Part shown: positions 58,099 to 64,000 of the stretch, in pieces
Layout: each line of letters opens with the position of its first letter
Numbering within the stretch: the first letter of the stretch is position 1
Assembly: GCA_031386685.1 (NCBI GenBank)
Contig: JANNCQ010000085.1
Coordinates: forward strand, 8,241-72,240
Source of the DNA: Candidatus Altimarinota bacterium
Lineage (GTDB): Bacteria > Patescibacteriota > Gracilibacteria > BD1-5 > UBA2023
DNA length: 64,000 nt
Direction: 5' to 3'
The notes under the pieces: model-generated
The model's input: the letters and a program-made list of their open reading frames with translations, nothing else
Databases searched by the model: none
Told to the model about the DNA's origin: nothing
Translations under genes and position numbers: made by a program

Positions 58099-59607
58099 TT
58101 ATACTTTTTCTACTCGCCACTTTCCGCCTGCTTCATCGATCATCTTCCATCATCGGCCCTGGAGATCGTCACGTATCCTATCTGCCTCTTCCCAATTCTT
58201 CGCTATTTTTGCATCGAGTCGGTCGAGTGCAAGCTTCGTGATATCTTCTGGGATGATTTCACTATTTTCGAGAAGGGAAAAATCAAATATTGCGACGACT
58301 TCATTCCAGCTTTTCAAGAGGTCTACGAGTGATTTCGCTTCTTCGAAGGAGAATATCTCTTCATCGATCCCACTATTGACATAGCTCTGGAATTCGAATA
58401 TGATCGTCATCGCAGAGTTCGTATCGAAGTCATCTTCGAGGTATTCGATGAAGTCCTGCATGAATGCTTGTTGATTGTCGCGGAATTCACGAGAGATATC
58501 ATGGAACTTCATCTTTCCGCGAGCATTTCTCTCACTGCTCGATTCTGGAAGACTCACGATATATCGACCGAGTCGCTTCATCATCTCATCGAGTCAGATA
58601 ATAGTATTGATTGCTCCATCGAGACGACTATAAGTGAAATTGAAATTTTCAGCGTATTTATTCTGAAGGGCCATGAGTCGGAATCATCTACAAATATTTT
58701 TTTCGTTTATAGACTTTCAGTGTTTGATGATATCGCGGAGTGTATAGAAGTTGTTTGCACTTTTTGCCATCTTCTTATTATCCACGAGCAAATGACCTCC
58801 ATGAAGCCAGTATTTCGCAAAAGTTTTCCCTGTATAGGCTTCTGTTTGAGCAATCTCGTTCTGGTGGTGGGGGAATATGAGATCCACTCCTCCCATATGG
58901 ATATCGATCTGATCACCGAAAAAATGACGATTACAGGCACTACATTCGATGTGCCACCCTGGTCTTCATTCGATGCTCTTTTTTTCACCATTGAGATTTA
59001 TACTAATACTCCACTTATTCTCCCCGTCAGTTTCTTTATCGTATGCCTTCCAGAGAGCGAAGTCGGCGACTTGATCTTTATCATATTCATCATTATCGAT
59101 GCGGACACTCGATATCATCCCCTTGAAGTCGAGATGTGCGAGATTGCCATACTTTTTGAACTTCGCTACACTATAGTATATAGATCCATCTTCTGCAAGG
59201 TAGGCGTATCATTTCTTTATGAGTCCATCGATGATCTCACCCATGTCCTCTATGAGCTCGGAGATAGGCTTAATATTATCAGCAGGGATGATACAAAGCT
59301 TACTACAGTCCTCGAGGAATGCTTCTGTATAAAATACGGTGAATTCTTTGAGACTCTTTCCTGACTTTTGACTATCTCTTATGGTTTTATCATCGATATC
59401 GGTTATACACATGGTACTTTTTGCCTTATATCCGAGAAATCGCATACTCCGTACCACGAAATCATCCATAAGGTAATTACGAAGATTACCTATGTGTGCG
59501 TAATTATATGGCGTTGGCCCACAATAGTATATTTTGACTTCGTCTTGTTTGAGGGGCTTGAAGGGCTCGAGTTCGCGAGTGAGGGTATTAAATAGGTGAA
59601 GGGACAT
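58099..59607 (-). CDS. cysS: cysteine--tRNA ligase
   Basis: [16 protein letters not shown]...[17 protein letters not shown]...GWHIECSA...KMAKSANNF. Fragments 58150.. and 59209.. are in one frame. Start at ATG 59607. Confidence 0.9.
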
Positions 59608-59736
59608 AGAAATTGATAGGATAATATAACCCACTATATATAAAAAAAATCAAAAATCGACAAATTACCAAAAATATAATTGACTATATATATATGCATG
59701 TATAATGATAATCCTTCAACAAATCTATTGAAAACC

Positions 59737-59889
59737 ATGGATAATTTCTGGAAAATTTTTGAGGTACTTTTTGTCCTCGTTGTGGTAGTGGGATGCTGGA
59801 AAGCATATCCACTACTCAAAGAATCTTGGAATGCACCAGATTCAGATGACGACCCACCATGATTACCTTATTCATGGAGGGCGACATAA
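59737..59889 (+). CDS. possible small membrane protein (50 aa)
   Basis: MDNFWKIFEVLFVLVVVVGCWKAY... Followed by hairpin acaagtcctc-gaaatt-gagggcttgt at 59919-59944. Confidence 0.3.
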
Positions 59890-60008
59890 ATCCCATCACA
59901 AAATAAGGTGGGAAAACAACAAGTCCTCGAAATTGAGGGCTTGTTTGACGTTTCCTATTATAAATTAAGATCCAATATTTGACATTTATATATTTTATAA
60001 AATAAGTA

Positions 60009-60037
60009 TTGACGTATGAAGATATATATGCTATAAT
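60009..60037 (+). promoter_or_regulatory. consensus sigma70-like promoter
   Basis: TTGACG (60009-60014), 17-nt spacer, TATAAT (60032-60037). Confidence 0.65.
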
Positions 60038-60061
60038 TATTTTGCTCTTTTTGTAAAGCTT

Positions 60062-60541
60062 ATGAAACATCTCGTTCCAAGACAAAGTCAGAATGGAAAG
60101 CAAGAATGGCTCAGCGCACTTTTCACGCTTCTCGTCCTCACTGGTATATACAGCTCGATGGATAATTTCTCTTCTTTTGCAAAGTCAGATTCATCTGATC
60201 CGCCGAAGACTGCCTCATGAGAAATATCCTCAGTCGCACCGCCCTACTGGAATAGTACTATGGGCTATGGATTTCGATCAGTCAAATGAGACACCTATAC
60301 ATCTTCTGGAAATCAGGAAATGGATATGGTGCAAGTACGACCTTCTGGACGGACGAGCATAGATCGTAAAGATGTACAAGTATCCTATTATAAGAATACT
60401 CCTATAGATCAGATCGATCAATCTCTTGTTCCAGGAAGTCCGCGAGCCTACTCACGACTTCCACATGGTATAGCGGTGATACAGTGAGATCTCGACTCGC
60501 CGAGTGCAAAGACGATATTCTCTACCCTTCATTCTGATTAA
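60062..60541 (+). CDS. hypothetical protein with one N-terminal TM helix (159 aa)
   Basis: 160 codons open under table 25, bracketed by a consensus promoter and a strong terminator. Confidence 0.5.
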
Positions 60542-60561
60542 GTCACCTTCATCTCGTGTTT

Positions 60562-60597
60562 CTCTCCCGATTATTGGTATATCGGGAGAGTTTTTGT
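60562..60597 (+). terminator. rho-independent terminator
   Basis: ctctcccgat-tattggtat-atcgggagag followed by ttttt. Confidence 0.75.
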
Positions 60598-60600
60598 TTG

Positions 60601-60716
60601 AAAAATCTGAAAATGACGAATTTCATTGTCAGAAAAAAGTTCTCTCGATCAATTGTCTCTATCTAAGCGTACTTCGAGTCATTTTTTCTTCCTCGAACTA
60701 CTTGTTTTTGAGATTC
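60601..60716 (-). mobile_element. R-family MITE-like repeat, copy R3 (intergenic)
   Basis: Minus strand gaatctcaaaaacaagtagttcgaggaag...cattttcagattt matches the 5' 40 nt and the termini of R1/R2. The middle is divergent. Confidence 0.55.
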
Positions 60717-60804
60717 TTCTATTCTCATGTGAAAAATCCGTGAACCTATTTGGAGAAATCACTATTTTTCATATACTCTATAAGCATTTATAATTGAACA
60801 TCTT

Positions 60805-61252
60805 GGGGATGATATAGGATTCGATAAGGAGAATCGTATGGTCTCTCGTGCTGTCTCGGGGCAGTCAGCCTCGTCATCAAATGACAAACAATAGATGCAA
60901 ATCTTAAAACACTTCGAGTTTCAGCTCTTACTGCACTTAAAAATGCAATGAGTGTTCGTACTCCTTCACTTATTGCTGCCTAATCGCTCAATAAGGTAGC
61001 CTTGTCCTAGACATGAGTGCCATATGGCCTGCTACAACCTTTATTTCCCAAAACTGATAGGGAAATGTCGTATTATCAGTCTCATTCTGTAGCTTTCTCG
61101 ATAAGGTAAAGAATCTGAGTATACGAAATCGGCTCTTCTACTTTTTGTCATTTTTCATGTCCTAGAAAGAGTATCTAAAAATGAATCATAGACAGGAATA
61201 CACGAAGATAATACCTCTTTACACGCGGGGGCGGTGCCCGCCATCTCCACCA
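60805..61252 (+). ncRNA. ssrA: tmRNA (SsrA)
   Basis: 5' GGGGAUGAUAUAGGAUUCGAU pairs with the 3' ...CAUCUCC-ACCA (7-bp acceptor stem with G3:U). T-arm GCGGG/CCCGC. Tag frame GCA AAU ... AUU GCU GCC UAA at 60897-60983. TATAAT at 60789-60794. Confidence 0.8.
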
Positions 61253-61397
61253 TATATCATATAAATGCCGAAATACTCTCCAGCAATTGAGGGTATTTTT
61301 TTATTATTTTTGAGGAATGAGTATTTTTCAAAGCAAATTTGTCTTCTTTACCTTTTTTCATACAATAATTGCATTATACGAGTATATTTTTATTATT

Positions 61398-61994
61398 ATG
61401 GCTTTCGCTATCGATCGTGTCGAGGCAGCACGGCGCCTCTCTGTATCTACTCGCACCATAGATCGTCATATATCGGCTGGTCGTATCCATACGAAGCGTA
61501 TAGGCAAGAAAATGTTCCTCAATGAAGATGATGTCGAGCTTATCCGCACGACGGATTCCGATAGGACAGATGAAGAGTATATCGTCATCGATGACTCATC
61601 GAAAGAAGAGCATGAAATCATCTCACGTGAGAAGATTCGAGAAGTATCATCTGCAACTTATACAGAGTGACCGAACTATGTGGCACTCTATGAGACAGCT
61701 CAGAGAACTATAGGTAAGAAAGATGAGATCATCCAAGATCTTGCTTACAGACTCGGAAAGACTGAGACGGAACTTCGGAACTCGATCCCACTCAGTGAAT
61801 ATAAAAAAACGACATTTCTCCTCGAAAGTGCCAAAGCAAAAACCGATTCTGATGCTATCTCCCTCACTGAGAAAATCGACACCCTCGAAAAAGATATCGT
61901 GAAGAGAAACTCTGCTATCCTTGGCCTTGCTATCCTTTTTGTTCTCGTACTCGCCTTTTCTGTAGTATTTTTCCTCTATACCCAATTCGTCTAA
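61398..61994 (+). CDS. excisionase/MerR-like HTH domain protein with coiled-coil region and C-terminal TM helix
   Basis: MAFAIDRVEAARRLSVSTRTIDRHISAGRIHTKRIGKKMF... Reads through TGA at 61668. C-terminal helix ILGLAILFVLVLAFSVVFFLY. Confidence 0.6.
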
Positions 61995-61999
61995 AAAAT

Positions 62000-62722
62000 A
62001 TGCAAAAATATCATACACCCAAACGTATCCTTTTGAAGCTTTCCTGAGAAGCTCTCCAATGAGAGCAATGATATGGTATTGATCCGAAATTTCTCTCTTT
62101 TCTTGCAAAGAAAATAGTACACCTGGTCAAAGTCGAGAAACTCGAAATAGTCATTGTTGTGTGAGGAGGCAATATTTTCCGAGGCATAGAGCTCGAGCAG
62201 TGAGGATTCGATCGAGTGACAGGCGACTATATGGGAATGATGGGGACGATCATCAATGGTCTTGCTGTATGAGAAGCAATAGAAGATGAGTGAGTCGATG
62301 TCCGAGTGACGAGTGCCATACCAACTCAGCGAGTAGCAGAAGAATTCATCCGCCGAAGAGCCCTCAGGCACATCGAGAAGGGAAGAGTCGTGATATGTGT
62401 GGGAGGCACAGGGAATCCTTATTTCTCTACTGATTCTTGTGCTGTACTGAGGGCCCTCGAACTCGACTGTGATGTCGTCGTGAAAGCGACGAAAGTCGAT
62501 GGGATCTATGATAAAGATCCGAAGAAGCATACTGATGCCGTAAGGCATGACTCTCTGTATCTCCACGAAGTCATCCAGAGAGATATCCGAGTCATGGATC
62601 AGGCAGCTATAGCTCTTGCTCATGATGAGGGTATGCCGATATATGTCTGTAAGATCGAAGATATTGATCAGATATGCGGAGAAGATATCATCGGGACATT
62701 TGTCCATGCAAAGAAGCTCTAA
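62000..62722 (+). CDS. pyrH: UMP kinase
   Basis: ...RILLKLSGEAL...IVIVVGGGNIFRG...DYMGMMGTIINGLA...VVICVGGTGNPYFSTD...KATKVDGIYDKDP. 241 codons, several Gly = TGA. Confidence 0.9.
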
Positions 62723-62726
62723 TAAT

Positions 62727-62758
62727 AAAAAAGACTCAAATATAGTTGAGTCTTTTTT
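62727..62758. terminator. bidirectional rho-independent terminator between convergent pyrH and the PKD-protein gene
   Basis: agactcaa-atatag-ttgagtct flanked by an A-run upstream and a T-run downstream. Confidence 0.7.
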
Positions 62759-62769
62759 ATGGGATAATT

Positions 62770-64000
62770 TTAGAGGGTTTTTGCCACTTCGTAATTTTTT
62801 TTCTTACGTTGTTCTGTGCCATCACTATAGATGATGGTAAGTTCTATACTATAGATTCCAGGTTTTTCGTATGTATGAGATGTCGCATATCCTCGAGATA
62901 CCGGAGTATTGTCTCAGAAGTTCCATATATACTCTTCTACTTGTCCGGTGGTTCCATTTGCTTCGAAGTCTATAGGATTTCCGATGATTCATGGCTGAAT
63001 ACTGGGTGCGAAATCTATCGTTTTTACTTGATCCTTAAGAACGATAGTTTTTTTGAGTGAAGTTTTCTCACCGTTTTCTGCTACGATCGTGAGAGTGATA
63101 GTCTTCTCTCATGCAGTATTATAGGTATACTGCTGTATTGAGTCTCACTCTGCTGGAGTACGTTTTTCTCCGAAATCAAAAATAAATTTCTTGATCTCGC
63201 CCTCTTCTGACTCTGAGAGGGAAGCATCGATGGTTGCTAGAGTCGGTACATAGTCAGAAGTGGTCTTTATCGTCATACGGGGCATAAGACTCCTTCTTTC
63301 TATATCGACGATGACTGTTTCTTTGAGGGTTTCTTCGATATCTTTCTCGCCAGGGACACTTTTATTAAATGTATATATTGCTTCTATCGTATATCGAAGA
63401 GGTTGATTAAATTCTATTGATATTTTTTCTCCACGACGTTCTTCTGGAGTTTTTCCATTCGATATTTTCCAGAGGACATCTTTGAGTAAGTATCCTGGAT
63501 TTCCAGAGACAATATCTCGAGCATCAAATGTGAGGCTTTCGGGAGGTATAATAGCATTTTTGAGAATATATGCCTTAAGGCTGTTATCATAGGTTGAGTC
63601 ATCATTCATGAGGGTTCAGGCATCATTGAGGACTTTTATAGATTTGATAATTGTGAGAGGTTCATTCGATACGACATCGGTCTCAAATGAATACTTCTCC
63701 CCATTTGCCATTTCTATAGTTGCTTTGAGGTTCTTCCGGCCATAGCTTGTAAAACTATAATTACACGTATCGGAGTTCCCTCTACATATAATATTTTGAT
63801 TATCGAGGAGCCATTCTATATTGACTATGCCATTCTGGTTGAGAGTCACTCAAGAGAGGGAGAAACGAAAAGTTTTTTTATCACTTGCATCCTGTATTGC
63901 AGTGATTGATCATTCCACTGATTTACTATTTTTTACTTCTAAAAGAAAGAGTCGATCACAGCCGGTTCCGTCAAATATTTTGAGACAGAGTCACTGAGGT
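62770..64000 (-). CDS. PKD-domain surface protein, C-terminal part (N-terminus beyond the window)
   Basis: Fragments 63145.. and 63616.. are in one frame, which stays open to position 64000. ...EEYIWNFGDNTPVSRGYATSHTYEKPGIYSIELTI... Stop TAA at 62770-62772. Confidence 0.75.

Noticed and set aside
60805-62000. Prophage or integrative element inserted at ssrA.
   Set aside because: No integrase, no duplicated ssrA 3' end, and housekeeping pyrH follows directly. Only the excisionase-like HTH gene is suggestive.

Overview
This window is only interpretable if TGA is read as glycine (translation table 25, as in Gracilibacteria/Absconditabacteria-SR1 of the candidate phyla radiation). The standard-code ORF track splits almost every conserved gene at TGA. 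The fragments stay in one frame, the TGAs fall on invariant Gly residues (LigA KxDG, SecA GEGKT, Pil[10 protein letters not shown], FtsZ GVGGGG, DAHP synthase VGPCSIH), and every merged gene ends in TAA or TAG. Re-read this way, the window is a dense, moderately AT-rich chromosomal segment with about 60 intact genes. Housekeeping genes: aroG, truB, lepB, secA, tig, ligA, rplY, dinG, ftsZ, ftsA, miaB, murG, dprA, argS, cysS, pyrH and a tmRNA. There is also a pilB/pilC type-IV-pilus-like operon with two unknown membrane proteins. A 9-kb island holds four cryptochrome/photolyase-family genes plus DUF2256, a flavin reductase and a VanX-like peptidase. The window also carries four Nudix hydrolases, two very large PKD-domain surface proteins, and a small AT-rich accessory islet (DUF4160/DUF2442, DUF4238, HNH). 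The most unusual signal is a set of short palindromic, MITE-like repeat families. Their copies lie both between genes and in frame inside conserved genes (murG, miaB, two photolyase-family genes), reminiscent of Rickettsia palindromic elements. Other points of interest: one photolyase-family gene needs a -1 frameshift; another appears to have permuted domain order; the tmRNA has a non-canonical T-loop and a 28-codon tag; several TGA-dense ORFs are invisible to the supplied track; promoters sit 6-9 nt upstream of ATG with no Shine-Dalgarno motifs. No rRNA, tRNA, CRISPR array, transposase or integrase was found. All coordinates come from manual reading, and start codons are the least certain part.
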